DNA of 5,454 nt from Candidatus Helarchaeota ASGARD archaeon Hel_GB_B (GTDB lineage Archaea; Asgardarchaeota; Lokiarchaeia; Helarchaeales; HEL-GB-B): NCBI GenBank assembly GCA_005191425.1, contig SUPR01000171.1:1-5454 (forward strand), read 5' to 3'. The notes below the pieces were generated by a model, which worked only from the letters and a program-made list of their open reading frames with translations, did not search any database and had not been told where the DNA came from. A program made the translations under genes and the position numbers. This document shows, in pieces, positions 4,870 through 5,454 of this stretch (the first letter of the stretch is position 1; each line of letters begins with the position of its first letter).

Positions 4870-5454
4870 TTAGACATCTAAAACTGTAGAAATTCTTTGA
4901 AGTTCAGGGCCCGTTGTTTTTCTACCTATTATTGCGCCATAACTATTTGCAATGATACCTGAAGACCCAACCATGTCTACTCCTTGATTTACTGAACCAA
5001 TATCACAATTTATTTTAAAAAATTCTTCAAGAAAATTTAATTCGTCAATCGAAGAATTGGGATTAACAAGAAGTCCTTTGTTGGTCAATAGGGCATTAGA
5101 GCCCACAAGTTTTGATCCTGCAACCGTGCCTTGAATTACATCATCAACTAAACATGTATCCTTAATAATTTGAATAATATTTTTATTATAATCTGGATTT
5201 ATTATTGCAGCCCTATCATTTATTAAAATATTATTTCCAAGTGCAGTTAAATCGGACGGTATTATCTCTAATTGTATATCTAAGTCTAACTCAATTATGA
5301 TTTGTTTAAAATTTGATAGCTCTTTTCCTTCAACAATTTTTGGTAATAGAATACCCTTCGAATTTCCTGTCATTAAAATACCGATTATTCTGCTATTCGA
5401 TAAATGAGTTTTAAATACAGGGACATTTAATGTTTCAGATATGATATTTTGTAA
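4870..5454 (-). CDS. eif6: Translation initiation factor 6 (aIF6/eIF6, ribosome anti-association factor), 5'-partial
   Basis: Motifs GNSKGILLP, ALGNNILINDRAAIINP, GTVAGSKLVGSNALLTNKGLLVNP, GSVNQG and ANSYGAIIGRKTTGPEL. The frame stays open past the listed Met (5373) to the window edge (LQNIISETLNVPVFKTHLSNSRIIGIL-MTGNSKG), so the real start lies outside the window. There is no eukaryotic C-terminal tail. Confidence 0.97.
   Translation of the reverse strand, partial: LQNIISETLNVPVFKTHLSNSRIIGILMTGNSKGILLPKIVEGKELSNFKQIIIELDLDIQLEIIPSDLTALGNNILINDRAAIINPDYNKNIIQIIKDTCLVDDVIQGTVAGSKLVGSNALLTNKGLLVNPNSSIDELNFLEEFFKINCDIGSVNQGVDMVGSSGIIANSYGAIIGRKTTGPELQRISTVLDV

Noticed and set aside
5371-5373. 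Met at 5373 as the aIF6 start
   Set aside because: The frame is open for 27 more codons to the window edge and still reads as eIF6 (ETLNVPVFKT...IIG), so the gene is truncated by the window.
1-5454. CRISPR array, tRNA/rRNA, transposase or terminal inverted repeats
   Set aside because: I saw no regularly spaced DNA repeats with unique spacers, no GC-rich structured RNA segment and no transposase or integrase motifs.

Overview
Very AT-rich archaeal window, most consistent with Asgard archaea (Lokiarchaeia-like). This is inferred from an archaeal-type aIF6, an archaeal ArsR-type wHTH regulator and a longin-like domain. Five real genes: (1) ArsR-family wHTH regulator (270-596, -), divergent from (2) a stand-alone mandelate-racemase-subgroup enolase-superfamily enzyme with a K-x-R variant of the K-x-K motif (1065/1077-2153, +); (3) an unrecognised ~500-aa modular protein with three clear 48-49-aa helical repeats, a Pro/Gln/Ser linker and a basic C-terminal domain (2406/2418-3920, +); (4) a 263-aa protein that appears to fuse two helix-extension-helix (SAP/LEM/Rho-N-like) units to a longin-like domain (4069-4860, +); (5) translation factor aIF6/eIF6, convergent and 5'-truncated by the window edge (4870->5454, -). 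The best candidate for undescribed biology is the co-oriented pair 3+4. The repeats have CUE-like hydrophobic spacing and the neighbour carries a longin-like eukaryotic-signature domain. Both domain assignments are by eye and need HMM or structure checks.
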